Source: Elusimicrobiota bacterium
GTDB taxonomy: Bacteria > Elusimicrobiota > Elusimicrobia > UBA1565 > UBA9628
Direction of reading: 5' to 3'
Assembly: GCA_036676805.1 (NCBI GenBank)
Contig: JAKFCD010000110.1
Location: forward strand, 66,378 to 130,377
DNA length: 64,000 nt
Position 1 is the first letter of the stretch. Every line of letters starts with the position of its first letter. Under the pieces are notes generated by a model. It saw only the letters and a list, made by a program, of their open reading frames with translations. It was not told where the DNA came from and did no database searches. The translations under genes and the position numbers were made by a program. Below, in pieces: positions 44,908 through 54,688 of this stretch.

Positions 44908-46044
44908 ATGGCCGCTACCACCGTCAAAGCCGGACTCGAAGGCGTCGTCGCCACCGAGACCAAGCTGTCCATGGTCGACGGCCAGAACGGCGTGCTCATC
45001 ATCGCCGGCTATCCGATCGAGGAGATCGCGGCGAAGGTATCCATCGAGGAGCTCGCGATGCTCCTCTGGACCGGCCACTTGCCTGCGAAGGAGGAGGCCG
45101 ACGGCATCCAGAAGGACCTCGCGGCCTACCGCGCCCTGCGCCCGGAGACGCTCGAGATCATCAAGACCGCCCGCAACGCGCCGCCGATCGACGCCCTGCG
45201 CATGGCCTGCGCCACGCTCTCGCTCGACGTGTCCAACCCCAACGACATCTCCCCCGCCGGAGACCTGGCGCTCGCCAAGCGCCTGCTCGCGCGCTTCCCG
45301 ACTGTGATCGCCGCGCACTCCCGCCTGCGCTCCGGCCTCGAGCCGATCGCGCCGCGCGCGGACCTGAGCCTGGCCGCGAACTTCCTGTACATGACCTTCG
45401 GCACCGAGCCCGATCCGATGGCGGCCAAGGCGCTCGAGACTTATTGGGTCACCGTCTCCGACCACGGCATGAACGCCTCGACGTTCACGGCGCGCGTGAT
45501 CGCCTCCACCCGCTCGGACATGGTCAGCGCGGTGACCGGCGCGGTCGGCGCCCTCAAGGGCCCGCTGCACGGCGGAGCGCCCGGCCCGGTGCTCGACATG
45601 CTCGTCGACATCAAGACCGCGGGAAAGGCCGAAGCCTGGCTGCGCAAGGAGCTCAAGGAAGGCCGGCGGATCATGGGCTTCGGCCACCGCGTCTACAAGG
45701 TGCGCGACCCGCGCGCCGAGGTGCTCGCCAAGACCGCCTCCGAGATGGCCGGCGCCCACCTGCAGAACACCAAGCTCTACGACCTCGCCCGCTCCGTCGA
45801 GAAGACCGCGATCAAGGTGCTCGAGGAGCTTAAGCCCGGCCGCAACCTCAAGACGAACGTCGAGTTCTATACCGCGCTGGTCCTTCAATCGATCGGCCTG
45901 CAGCCCGACCAGTTCGTCTCGATGTTCGCCTGCGGCCGCGCGGCCGGCTGGTGCGCGCACGTGATGGAGCAGCACGCGCAGGACCGGCTGATCCGGCCTC
46001 AGTCCCTGTACGTCGGGCCGAAGGACCTGAAGCTCGAGCGCTAA
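44908..46044 (+). CDS. citrate synthase (small/type I-like)
   Basis: GGAGGA RBS. 'GFGHRVYKVRDPRA', 'HGGA', 'DHGMNASTF' citrate synthase signatures. Confidence 0.85.
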   Translation: MAATTVKAGLEGVVATETKLSMVDGQNGVLIIAGYPIEEIAAKVSIEELAMLLWTGHLPAKEEADGIQKDLAAYRALRPETLEIIKTARNAPPIDALRMACATLSLDVSNPNDISPAGDLALAKRLLARFPTVIAAHSRLRSGLEPIAPRADLSLAANFLYMTFGTEPDPMAAKALETYWVTVSDHGMNASTFTARVIASTRSDMVSAVTGAVGALKGPLHGGAPGPVLDMLVDIKTAGKAEAWLRKELKEGRRIMGFGHRVYKVRDPRAEVLAKTASEMAGAHLQNTKLYDLARSVEKTAIKVLEELKPGRNLKTNVEFYTALVLQSIGLQPDQFVSMFACGRAAGWCAHVMEQHAQDRLIRPQSLYVGPKDLKLER

Positions 46045-46850
46045 CGCTTCGGGGCGAGACCGGCGTCGCTCACGATCAACCGGCCGTCGGCGGACCTGAG
46101 CAGGACCAGAACGCGGCCGAAGGCCGGGACGCGGACGGGGACGCCGGGCGCCAGGGCCGACTCCCGCAGCGCGTAGCCCTTGGACTTCATCCCGGCGAAG
46201 CGGGCCAGGAAGATCGAGCGCTCAGAGGATAGCGCGCTCCCTCCCGCGGCCGCCTCGGACTGGAGGAACAAGTGCAGCTCGACGTCCCCCGCCCGGAACG
46301 CCCGGCCCTTGGACTTCAGCGCCTCGACGAGCTCTCCGACCGTGAAGGAATCCCGGGTCTTGCGCCCAACGACGGCGTCCACGGCCACGACCGAGGTGCC
46401 GTTGATCGGGTGCAGCAGGCTGATGCGCGCGTTGAGGCGCAGCACCGGCCCTTCCTCGCCGGAGACGACGACGCCCTCGTCGCGGAGGAACCGCCTCAAG
46501 GGGGCGAGCGCGGCGAGCAGGCGCTCGCGGCCCGAGGTCAGCACGAGGTAGAAGTCGTCGTACTCCGCGTCCGCCGTCGCGCCGACGTCCCAGGTCCGCC
46601 CCGCGATGTCCACGGTCACCGCCGAGAGCGCCGCGTCGCGCAGCTCCGCGAGCGGCGCGTCGAAGACCGGGGGAAGCGCGGCGTCGCCCGGAAGGGCGGG
46701 TACGGACGCCAACGGGAAGAGCTTGCGCTTTTTCTCCTTCTTGGCAGCCTCGGCGGCCGCCTTGGACAGGTCGGCGAAGGCGTCCTCGAGCCGGAACCCG
46801 GCGCTCGCCGGCGCGGCCGCGAGAAGAAGTAGCAGGACCGGAATCTTCAC
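46041..46850 (-). CDS. secreted hypothetical protein
   Basis: GTG start. Signal peptide 'MKIPVLLLLLAAAPASAG'. Upstream ORF-track extension is Arg/Pro-rich and rejected. Confidence 0.4.
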   Translation of the reverse strand: MKIPVLLLLLAAAPASAGFRLEDAFADLSKAAAEAAKKEKKRKLFPLASVPALPGDAALPPVFDAPLAELRDAALSAVTVDIAGRTWDVGATADAEYDDFYLVLTSGRERLLAALAPLRRFLRDEGVVVSGEEGPVLRLNARISLLHPINGTSVVAVDAVVGRKTRDSFTVGELVEALKSKGRAFRAGDVELHLFLQSEAAAGGSALSSERSIFLARFAGMKSKGYALRESALAPGVPVRVPAFGRVLVLLRSADGRLIVSDAGLAPKR

Positions 46851-46968
46851 CTCGACATGATACCCGCCGGGGGGGGTCCCCGCTTGGGCCTTCGGTCCCC
46901 CGGGGGGCCCGGCAAACGTCCTATGCGGTAATCCCCAAGATTCCACCGGTGGAAATTTGGAGATAAGG

Positions 46969-47460
46969 TCAGTCGAGGATGCGACGCGCGCGCAGGAAGC
47001 GCTTGCGCCAGTAGTCGCTGTGCAGGCTTTCCTGCCGCACGCCCTCGCCGGGATTGGCCTGATGGATGAAGATGCCGTTGTTGATGTAGATGCCCACGTG
47101 GCCGATCTTGCGTCCGCCTTTCCTGCCCGCGAAGAATACCAGGTCGCCCATGCGCAGCTCGCGCGCGGAGACCTCCTCCCCCTCGATGGACATCGCCGCG
47201 GACGTCCGCGGCAGCTTGATCGTGTTCTCGGCGAAGACCTTGGCCACGAAGTCCGAGCAGTCCTTGGGCAGCGGCCGGTCCTTCTCCTCTTCCGGAAGGT
47301 AGGTCTTAGCGGTGCGCGCGATCGCCTTGCACTGGGGCGTCGGGGGCGGGGGTCCCGCGCGGCGGACCTTCCCGCCCCCGCAGGCGGAAGCGAAAAAGAG
47401 AGCGGGAATAAGCGCAATCGCGAGCTTCACCGGCGAGATAATACTAATTCCTAGGCCCAT
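46969..47460 (-). CDS. NlpC/P60 (C40) peptidase lipoprotein
   Basis: Lipobox 'LFFASAC'. Catalytic-region-like 'DCSDFV...' Cys and 'GHVGIYI' His. Confidence 0.65.
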   Translation of the reverse strand: MGLGISIISPVKLAIALIPALFFASACGGGKVRRAGPPPPTPQCKAIARTAKTYLPEEEKDRPLPKDCSDFVAKVFAENTIKLPRTSAAMSIEGEEVSARELRMGDLVFFAGRKGGRKIGHVGIYINNGIFIHQANPGEGVRQESLHSDYWRKRFLRARRILD

Positions 47461-47525
47461 CGGCCCCGGGGGTCCTGGGCCCAACGAACCTGTCCGCGAA
47501 AACGTTCCGCTTATATACTTGACGC

Positions 47526-48671
47526 ATGATCCGCACCGCCTTACTCGCGGGACTTGTCGCCTTCGGCGCCGCCGCTCCGGCGCTCGCGGCCGGCGACCCC
47601 GCCGCCGTGGCGGCGGTCGAGGCCTTCCTGCGCGACGACGAGAAGGCGATGCTGGCGGCGGTCCTAGTGGACAAGGCCGCCTCCGATGAATTCAACGCCG
47701 ACGTGAAGTTCGCCGCCGGCGATCCCAAGATCATGAAGCTCGTCCTCGATAAGTGGCGCGGACGCATCGTCGCGTTCGCCGAGAAGGACGGCCGCATCGC
47801 CACCCCGGACCTCGAGGGCACCTACAAGAACTACGGGGCCCTGATGACGCCCCAGACCCGCGCCTACATGGTGCGCCGCCTCAAGACGATGAAGGACGGA
47901 GACCGCAACACCCTCATCGAGTATCTCGACGCCGTCGACAACGCGCTGAAATCCAACGGCGGCAAGCTGACCTGGTACACCAAGAAGGTCGTCGGCGGCA
48001 TCTTCGACAAGTATCGCGAGGACCTGAACCTGTATCTGCCCGAGCCCCTCGCCAAGAACGCGAAGGCCGCGGCCCCCGCCGCCGCCGCCGACCTGGCCGC
48101 GCGCCGCAAGGCCGCGGAGGCCCCGCCCGCGGCCGTGGTCGCCCCTCCGGCCGTCGTGGTCAAGGATCCCCCGAAAGCTCCCGCCAAGGCCCCCGCGAAG
48201 CAGCCGGTCGCGAAGCCGGACGAGGAGCCCGCCGTGCCCGTCGAGGAGGTCGCCGTCTCGACCGGGAACTCCGCCCTCGATCAGGCCCGCCGCGCGGCCG
48301 AGGCCGCCGAGCGCGCCGGCCGGGTGTTCGACGGCGGCGGCGCGGCCGCCCCCGAGGCCGGCGGAGTCGTCTCCGGCGGCGAGGGCACGGGGCGTCCCCC
48401 GTTGGCCCCGTCCACGGGCCCCGGCGGCAAGCCAAGCCTCATCGCCGACGTCCCCTCCCCGGTCGACCCCGACGAGGAGTTCCTGCGCAGCGTCAGGAAG
48501 CTCAAGACGGGTAAGGCGCCGATGCAGCCCCGGGAGTACCTCCCCGGCGCGGCGGGCGCCGCGCTCGGGGGCCTCCTCGGCTTCCTGCTGGGCGGCCCGA
48601 TCGGCGCCTTGATCGGCGCGGGCATCGGCGTCATCGCCGGCGACGTCATCGGCGGCAAGCTCTTCAAGTAA
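47526..48671 (+). CDS. secreted hypothetical protein with Ala/Pro/Lys-rich linker and C-terminal Gly-zipper helix
   Basis: Signal peptide 'MIRTALLAGLVAFGAAAPALAAG'. 'PAKAPAKQPVAKP' repeats. C-terminal 'GGLLGFLLGGPIGALIGAGIGVIAG'. Confidence 0.45.
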   Translation: MIRTALLAGLVAFGAAAPALAAGDPAAVAAVEAFLRDDEKAMLAAVLVDKAASDEFNADVKFAAGDPKIMKLVLDKWRGRIVAFAEKDGRIATPDLEGTYKNYGALMTPQTRAYMVRRLKTMKDGDRNTLIEYLDAVDNALKSNGGKLTWYTKKVVGGIFDKYREDLNLYLPEPLAKNAKAAAPAAAADLAARRKAAEAPPAAVVAPPAVVVKDPPKAPAKAPAKQPVAKPDEEPAVPVEEVAVSTGNSALDQARRAAEAAERAGRVFDGGGAAAPEAGGVVSGGEGTGRPPLAPSTGPGGKPSLIADVPSPVDPDEEFLRSVRKLKTGKAPMQPREYLPGAAGAALGGLLGFLLGGPIGALIGAGIGVIAGDVIGGKLFK

Positions 48672-48687
48672 GGGGTATAATCTCCCC

Positions 48688-49662
48688 GTGACGCTCGTCG
48701 ACGGCTTCGGCCGCTCTTTCCATTATCTGCGCCTCTCCGTCGAGGACGCCTGCAATTTCCGCTGCCGGTACTGCCTTCCCCACGGCTATCACAAGTCCGA
48801 GGCCGAGCCGCCGCTGAGCGTCGCCGAGATCGGCCGCCTCGCGCGCGCCTTCGCGGAGCTCGGCTTCTGGAAAGTCCGCCTCACCGGCGGCGAGCCGACG
48901 GTGCGCCGGGACATCATCGAGATCGCGAAAACCGTCTCGGCCGCGCCCGGGATACGGCGCGTCGCGCTGTCAACCAACGGCTACCGGCTGCTCGAGCTGG
49001 CCCCGGATTTGAAGGCCGCCGGCGTCGCCGCGGTCAACGTGAGCGTGGACAGCCTCGACGCGGCGCGCTTCGCCGCGCTGACGGGACAGGACGGCCTCGG
49101 CGGCGTCCTGGCGGGCATCCATCGGAGCCTCGAGCTGGGCCTCGAGACGAAGCTCAACGCGGTGCTGATGAAGGGGCTCAACGACGACGAGTTCTCGAAA
49201 TTCGTGGAACTTGCCCGCGAACGGCCGCTGTCGGTGAGGTTCATCGAGCTGATGCCGGTAGCGGACAACATGGAGTTCTTCACGGAACGGCATTTGAAGG
49301 CCGAGACGCTCGTCGCCTGGCTAAGAGAGAACGGCTGGGCCGAGAGGGATCGCCGCGAGGGGGACGGGCCCGCGCGTGAGTTCCATAAAGCTGGCTATAA
49401 CGGATCCATCGGGGTGATCGCGCCTTATGCCAAGGATTTCTGCGCGACCTGCAACAGATTGAGGGTTACGAGTCGAGGAAGACTTCGCCTTTGCCTTTTC
49501 TCCGAGGCGGACCATTCGCTGAGGCCGCTGCTCCAGGACGATTCACAGCGCGGGGAGCTCAAGGAACGGGTCAAGGCTTTGTTGGGGCTCAAGGAAGTTT
49601 CGCATTATCTCCCCGATGGGAAGATCGGCAACACGAAGCACTTCGCGATGATGGGGGGCTGA
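48688..49662 (+). CDS. moaA: GTP 3',8-cyclase MoaA (radical SAM)
   Basis: 'CNFRCRYC' radical-SAM motif, 'GGEPT'. 324 aa. Confidence 0.9.
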   Translation: MTLVDGFGRSFHYLRLSVEDACNFRCRYCLPHGYHKSEAEPPLSVAEIGRLARAFAELGFWKVRLTGGEPTVRRDIIEIAKTVSAAPGIRRVALSTNGYRLLELAPDLKAAGVAAVNVSVDSLDAARFAALTGQDGLGGVLAGIHRSLELGLETKLNAVLMKGLNDDEFSKFVELARERPLSVRFIELMPVADNMEFFTERHLKAETLVAWLRENGWAERDRREGDGPAREFHKAGYNGSIGVIAPYAKDFCATCNRLRVTSRGRLRLCLFSEADHSLRPLLQDDSQRGELKERVKALLGLKEVSHYLPDGKIGNTKHFAMMGG

Positions 49663-50612
49663 TGGGCGTGAATATGGCTGATGTATCGGCCAAGAAAATC
49701 ACCGAACGCCGCGCAGCGGCGGTCGGAACAATTATCATGCGCCGCAAGGCCTTCGACCTGCTCAAGTCGGGGCGCCTCCCGAAGGGCGACGCGATCAGCC
49801 TCGCCCAGGCGGCCGGCGTAATGGCCGCTAAACGAACGCCTGATCTTTTGCCGTTGTGCCATCCGATATCTTTGGATTCCGTCGATGTCGAGATTTCCCT
49901 CGATGCATCGCTGCCGGGAGCGCACGTCCGGTGCATCGCCGCGGTAGCGGCGAAGACCGGGGTGGAGATGGAGGCGTTGACGGGAGCCACCGCGGCGTTG
50001 CTTTGCCTTTATGATCTGTTGAAGCCCGTCGATCCGGTCCTTGAAATCGCTGCCGTTCGATTGGAGTATAAATCAGGCGGCAAGAAGGGGTTTTGGACGC
50101 ATCCCAAATACGTTAAAGCGCCGCCGAAGGCGGCGAGGGTCGTGAAGCTCGGCAACGCCGCCGTGATTACCGTGAGCGACCGTGCTTTTAAAAAAATATA
50201 CCGCGACAAATCGGGACCGGCTTTGGCCTCCGGCCTTGAACGAATTGGGTTCTCGATTAAAAAGCGCATTATAAGCCCCGACGACCAAAAGACGATAGAA
50301 ACCCATATTCGCCGCGCTGCGCGCGGCGTGGATGCGGTCATACTGACCGGGGGCACCGGCCTTTCGACTCGCGACGTGACCCCCGAAGCGGTTTTGGCGG
50401 TCTGCGACCGCCAGATACCTGGAATCGGTGAATCGCTGCGCGCCTCCGGCGGACCCGTCACCGCGGCATTATCTCGATCGGTCGCCGGGCAACTGGGGAA
50501 GTGCGTGATCGTCGCGCTGCCCGGAAGCGAGGGCGGAGTGCGCGACGGTTTATGCGTCCTGGAAAATCTTTTGCCTCACGCGATCCATATATCCAACAAC
50601 GGCAAGCACTGA
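49662..50612 (+). CDS. moaC: bifunctional MoaC (cPMP synthase) plus MogA/MoaB-type molybdopterin adenylyltransferase fusion
   Basis: The N-terminal ~160 aa match MoaC ('LLPLCHPI', 'EMEALTGA'). The C-terminal ~150 aa match MogA/MoaB ('VILTGGTGLSTRDVTPEA', 'GIGE'). Confidence 0.8.
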   Translation: MGVNMADVSAKKITERRAAAVGTIIMRRKAFDLLKSGRLPKGDAISLAQAAGVMAAKRTPDLLPLCHPISLDSVDVEISLDASLPGAHVRCIAAVAAKTGVEMEALTGATAALLCLYDLLKPVDPVLEIAAVRLEYKSGGKKGFWTHPKYVKAPPKAARVVKLGNAAVITVSDRAFKKIYRDKSGPALASGLERIGFSIKKRIISPDDQKTIETHIRRAARGVDAVILTGGTGLSTRDVTPEAVLAVCDRQIPGIGESLRASGGPVTAALSRSVAGQLGKCVIVALPGSEGGVRDGLCVLENLLPHAIHISNNGKH

Positions 50613-51817
50613 TGATTCCTTACGGCGAAGCCCGCAAACTCATTTCCGAGCTCGCCCTCTCGCGCCCGCCGCTGTCCGAGGAGACGATCTCCCTTTCCCA
50701 GGCTCTCGGGCGCGTCTGTTCCGTAGAATTGCACGGACGCGAACCTATCCCCCCATTCGATAACTCGTCCATGGACGGCTACGCCTTGGCCCATGCGCGG
50801 GCTTTCGGCGCCTCCGGCGCCCCATTGACCATGCCCGTTCTCGGCACGATCCTCGCGGGAGACCCGCCCCGATGCCAGGCCGAATCCGGCGTGTGGCGGA
50901 TCATGACCGGCGCCCCCATCCCCGCCGGCTGCGACTCCGTCGTTCCCGTGGAACAGACCCGGGAAATGGATGGCGGCCGCGCCGTCGAGATTTTGAAGAC
51001 GCCGAATGAAGGCGACTTCATCCGCAAGACCGGCCACGATTTCCCCGCCGGAGGCCAAATCTGCCCCGCCGGAACCTCGCTCACGCCCCGCCACCTCATG
51101 GCGCTGGCCGCGGCCGGCCTCGCGCATGTCCCCGTCCGCCGCAAGCCCCGCGTCGCCCTGATCGCCACCGGCCGCGAGCTCTCCCCCGCCGGCGAGCCCC
51201 TGGCCCCCGGCAGGATCCGCGACGCGTCCTCGGCGTACCTCGCCGCCGAGTGCGAGCGCCTGGGCTGCCATTTCGAGTTTCACGGCGTCATCGCCGACGA
51301 CCCCGACGCCTTCGCCGCGAGGCTCGATTCGGTTCTCGACATGAGCTTCGACATCGTCCTCACCACCGGCGCCGTGTCGATGGGCGACAAGGATTTCATA
51401 CCGGCGTCTTTAAAATCCTTAGGGGCAAGAACTATCTTCCATAAGGTCGCCATTCGACCAGGCCGTCCTCTGTTGTTCGCCGAATTTCCGGCAGGCCCTT
51501 TCATATTTGGATTGCCCGGTAATCCGGTATCCTCGGTCGTCGGCATGCGATTTTTCGCGACGCCGTGCCTCCGTGACCTGCTGGGCCAGTCCGAAGAGTC
51601 CCCCATTCGTTGCCGTTTAGATAAACAAGCTGATAAGCCTGAAGGTCTCCGCTGCTTCTATAAAGCCAGGCGTCTCGAGCTCGGCTCCGTCGAGATCCTC
51701 CCCGCTCAAGCGTCCTTCCAGATCCATTCCCTGCTCGCCGCCGACTCCTGGGCCGTTCTCCCCGAAGAAGGCGACCATATCAAGGCCGGCGCCGAGGTCG
51801 ACGTCTATGAAGCGTAA
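50612..51817 (+). CDS. moeA: molybdopterin molybdenumtransferase MoeA
   Basis: 'PPFDNSSMDGYA', 'TGAVSMGDKDF', 'GLPGNPVS' MoeA signatures. Confidence 0.85.
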   Translation: MIPYGEARKLISELALSRPPLSEETISLSQALGRVCSVELHGREPIPPFDNSSMDGYALAHARAFGASGAPLTMPVLGTILAGDPPRCQAESGVWRIMTGAPIPAGCDSVVPVEQTREMDGGRAVEILKTPNEGDFIRKTGHDFPAGGQICPAGTSLTPRHLMALAAAGLAHVPVRRKPRVALIATGRELSPAGEPLAPGRIRDASSAYLAAECERLGCHFEFHGVIADDPDAFAARLDSVLDMSFDIVLTTGAVSMGDKDFIPASLKSLGARTIFHKVAIRPGRPLLFAEFPAGPFIFGLPGNPVSSVVGMRFFATPCLRDLLGQSEESPIRCRLDKQADKPEGLRCFYKARRLELGSVEILPAQASFQIHSLLAADSWAVLPEEGDHIKAGAEVDVYEA

Positions 51818-52049
51818 GATCGAGCTCTACGGCCGCCTGCGCGACGCCGGCCTGGGCTCCTCCGTTTCCGTCGACCTTCCCGAGAACGCCACCGCCCGCC
51901 AGGCCCTCGCCGTCCTCAAGTCGGCGTTCGGCGCGAAAGCCTCCCTCCTGCAGGGCTGCGCGCTGGCCACCGACGAGGCGGTCCTCGCCTCCGGCGACGC
52001 GCTTCCCGCGGGCCGCCTGGCGCTCCTCCCCCCCGTATGCGGCGGCTGA
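51807..52049 (+). CDS. moaD: molybdopterin synthase sulfur-carrier subunit MoaD
   Basis: 80 aa ending in Gly-Gly, in a moa operon. Confidence 0.65.
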   Translation: MKRKIELYGRLRDAGLGSSVSVDLPENATARQALAVLKSAFGAKASLLQGCALATDEAVLASGDALPAGRLALLPPVCGG

Positions 52050-52474
52050 GCTTCGTGACGGCCGCCCGCCTGGACCACGCGGCCCTGTGCCGCGCGGTGT
52101 CCTCCCCCAACCACGGCGCCCTGGCGTCCTTCGTGGGCACGGTCCGCGCCGTGCACGCCGGACGCCGCGTCAAGGCCGTGAGCTATGACTGCTTCGTCCC
52201 CCTGGCCGAAAAAGAGCTCGCGCGCATCAAGGCCGCCGCCGAAAGACGCTGGCCCGCGCGCGTCGCCGTGGCGCACCGCACCGGACGCCTCAAGGTCGGG
52301 GAGGCCAGCGTGGCGATCGCGGCCGGCTGCGGCCACCGCGCCGAGGCGTTCGCGGCCTGCCGCTTCGTCATCGAGGAAATCAAGCGGCGCGTGCCCGTCT
52401 GGAAAAAGGAGCATTACGTCTCGGGCGACGGCCGCTGGCTCGCCGGCTGCGCCCTTCACCGGAGGCGCGCGTGA
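52037..52474 (+). CDS. moaE: molybdopterin synthase catalytic subunit MoaE
   Basis: 'GALASFVGTVR', 'VPVWKKEHY' MoaE signatures. Confidence 0.8.
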   Translation: MRRLSFVTAARLDHAALCRAVSSPNHGALASFVGTVRAVHAGRRVKAVSYDCFVPLAEKELARIKAAAERRWPARVAVAHRTGRLKVGEASVAIAAGCGHRAEAFAACRFVIEEIKRRVPVWKKEHYVSGDGRWLAGCALHRRRA

Positions 52475-53259
52475 GCGACCTCAGCGCCCTGCGCTTCGGG
52501 CTTTTCCTCGCCATCCTGCTCGCCTGCGCCGCGGCGGAGCGCCTGCTCCCGCGCCGCAAGCCCACGGCCGGCGCCGGACCGCGCTGGACGGCGAACCTGG
52601 GCCTCGCGGTCCTCGGCGCCGTCCTCGTGCGCCTGCTGCTCCCCTTCACGCTCGTCGAGGCCGCTTACAAAGTGGAAGCCGCCCAACTGGGCCTGCTCAA
52701 CCAGGCGCCGCTCTATTTCCCCCTCAAGTTCGTCCTGTCCTTCCTCCTCCTCGACATGCTCATCTATTTCCAGCACCGCCTGTTCCACTGGTCGCCCGCG
52801 TTGTGGCGCCTGCACGCCGTGCACCACACCGACCTCGACCTCGACGCGAGCTCGGGCGTGCGCTTCCACCCCGCGGAGATTCTGCTGTCGGCCCTGATCA
52901 AGCTCGCCGCCATCGCCCTGCTCGGCGCGCACTTCCTCGCGGTCCTGGCCTTCGAGATCGTCCTCAACGCGACCTCGCTCTTCAACCACGCGAACATCCG
53001 CCTCGGCCCCCTCGACGCCCACCTGCGGCTCGTCCTGGTGACGCCCGACATGCACCGCGTCCACCACAGCCCGAGCCGGGACGAGACCGACTCCAACTTC
53101 GGCTTCAACATGCCCTGGTGGGACCGCCTGTTCGGCACTTACCGCGCCCAGCCCCGCCAGCCGCACGAGACGATGGCGCTCGGGCTCGACGGCGCGCGCG
53201 ACCCGGACAAGCTCGGCCTGTTCGCTTTGCTCGGCCGGCCGTTCCGGAGGTCCGCATGA
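52471..53259 (+). CDS. sterol desaturase / fatty-acid hydroxylase family membrane protein
   Basis: Histidine boxes 'HRLFH', 'HAVHH', 'HRVHH'. Confidence 0.75.
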   Translation: MSDLSALRFGLFLAILLACAAAERLLPRRKPTAGAGPRWTANLGLAVLGAVLVRLLLPFTLVEAAYKVEAAQLGLLNQAPLYFPLKFVLSFLLLDMLIYFQHRLFHWSPALWRLHAVHHTDLDLDASSGVRFHPAEILLSALIKLAAIALLGAHFLAVLAFEIVLNATSLFNHANIRLGPLDAHLRLVLVTPDMHRVHHSPSRDETDSNFGFNMPWWDRLFGTYRAQPRQPHETMALGLDGARDPDKLGLFALLGRPFRRSA

Positions 53260-53780
53260 AGATCCGCTGCGACCTGACCTTTAACGGCGAGACCCGCAAG
53301 CCGTACCTCGTCTCGGGGCCCAGCGAGCCCGACGACCACCTCGCGCACCGCATCGCGGCCTTCATTTTGTTCTGGAACGAGAAGGCCATGGTGGACGCCA
53401 CCACGAAGACGCCCGCGCTGACCGATTTCGAGTTCCTCCCCGACCTGCTCGCCGTGAACGACGCCGGGGAGGCGACGGTCTGGATCGAGTGCGGCACGGT
53501 CACGATGAACAAGCTCACCAAGGTGACGCGGCGCATGCCGCGCGCGCGCGTCGTCATCATGAAGGAGAACGAGCGCGCGGCGGCGGACCTGCGCCGCGAC
53601 CTAGACGACCAGTTCGACCGACCGGAGCGGATCGAGATCCTGGCCTGGCCGGGGAGCTCCTACAAAGAGTGGGCGAAGACCGTCGGCGACGCCATCGAGG
53701 CCTTCGGCGACGCGGACGGACGCTCCATCAACGCCGTGGTCAACGGGGAGATGGTCGTCGTCGAGTTCAAGACGTTCTAG
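53256..53780 (+). CDS. YaeQ family protein
   Basis: 174 aa. Colinear with E. coli YaeQ segments ('...VWIECG...' compared with 'LWIELG'). Confidence 0.6.
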   Translation: MKIRCDLTFNGETRKPYLVSGPSEPDDHLAHRIAAFILFWNEKAMVDATTKTPALTDFEFLPDLLAVNDAGEATVWIECGTVTMNKLTKVTRRMPRARVVIMKENERAAADLRRDLDDQFDRPERIEILAWPGSSYKEWAKTVGDAIEAFGDADGRSINAVVNGEMVVVEFKTF

Positions 53781-54657
53781 CGCGCAGGAACGCCGCGACG
53801 CGCGCCTCGTAGTCGGCGGGCGCGGCCTGGCGGCACTTGGCGTGGATGGCGCCGGGCACCAGCCAGAACTCCTTGGGGCCGCGCGCGGCGTCGTAGAGGC
53901 GGCGCACGTCCTCGGGCGGCATGATCCCGTCGCGCTCGGCGGCGATGATGAATACGGGCGTCTTCGCCGAGGGCAGGTACGCCTCCGGGCTGTAGCGGTC
54001 GAGGTCGGGATGGCCGGAGCGCAGGCGCGCGACGTACATGAGGGTCATGATGATCGGGAAGTACGGCACCCGCGCGTGATGCCAGGCCCAGCGGCTGCCG
54101 ACCTCCCGGAAGTCGGCGAACGGGCTTTCCAGGACGGCGGCCTTGAGCTCGGGGTGGGCCGGCAGTGACATGGCGGCGATCGCCGCGCCCATGGATAAGC
54201 CGAAGACGCTCAGGTTCGCGGCTTGGCGCGGAAAGCGCTTCCTTAAGCAGTCCACGGCTGCGGCGAAATCCACCAGCTCCATCTTGCCCATCGTGACCTG
54301 CTTGCCCTCGCTCTCGCCGTGGGCGCGAAAATCGAAGTAGAAGAGATTGAAGCCCTCCGCCTTACTGAGGAACAAGGTCTGCTCCAGGATCTCCCCCTTG
54401 TTGTCGCCCCAGCCGTGGCAGATCAGGATGGTCTTGTCTGCGCCCGTCGGGGACGGCACGAACCAGCCCGACAAGGTCAGGCCGTCCTCGGTGGGAAACG
54501 AGATCTTCTCGTACTTCACCCCGTAGCGCTCCGGGAAGAAGGCCATCGGGCTCATGTACGGAGGGTAGATGAGCATGCCCGCCCCGTAATAGGCGAGCGC
54601 GAAGTTCACGAGCAGAAGCACCGCCGCGACGGCCGCGGCGGCGAGAAGAAGGTCCAC
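53767..54657 (-). CDS. alpha/beta hydrolase
   Basis: N-terminal TM anchor. 'ICHGWGDN', nucleophile elbow 'GLSMGAA'. Confidence 0.7.
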   Translation of the reverse strand: MDLLLAAAAVAAVLLLVNFALAYYGAGMLIYPPYMSPMAFFPERYGVKYEKISFPTEDGLTLSGWFVPSPTGADKTILICHGWGDNKGEILEQTLFLSKAEGFNLFYFDFRAHGESEGKQVTMGKMELVDFAAAVDCLRKRFPRQAANLSVFGLSMGAAIAAMSLPAHPELKAAVLESPFADFREVGSRWAWHHARVPYFPIIMTLMYVARLRSGHPDLDRYSPEAYLPSAKTPVFIIAAERDGIMPPEDVRRLYDAARGPKEFWLVPGAIHAKCRQAAPADYEARVAAFLRARTS

Positions 54658-54688
54658 GCCTCATTCTAGCGGATTTTAGTAATCTAGC

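Noticed and set aside
52185-53780. 531-aa plus-strand ORF spanning moaE, the desaturase and YaeQ-like genes
   Set aside because: It is a Pro/Arg-rich alternate frame crossing three well-supported genes. Only its last 174 codons (53256-53780, YaeQ-like) are in the genuine frame.
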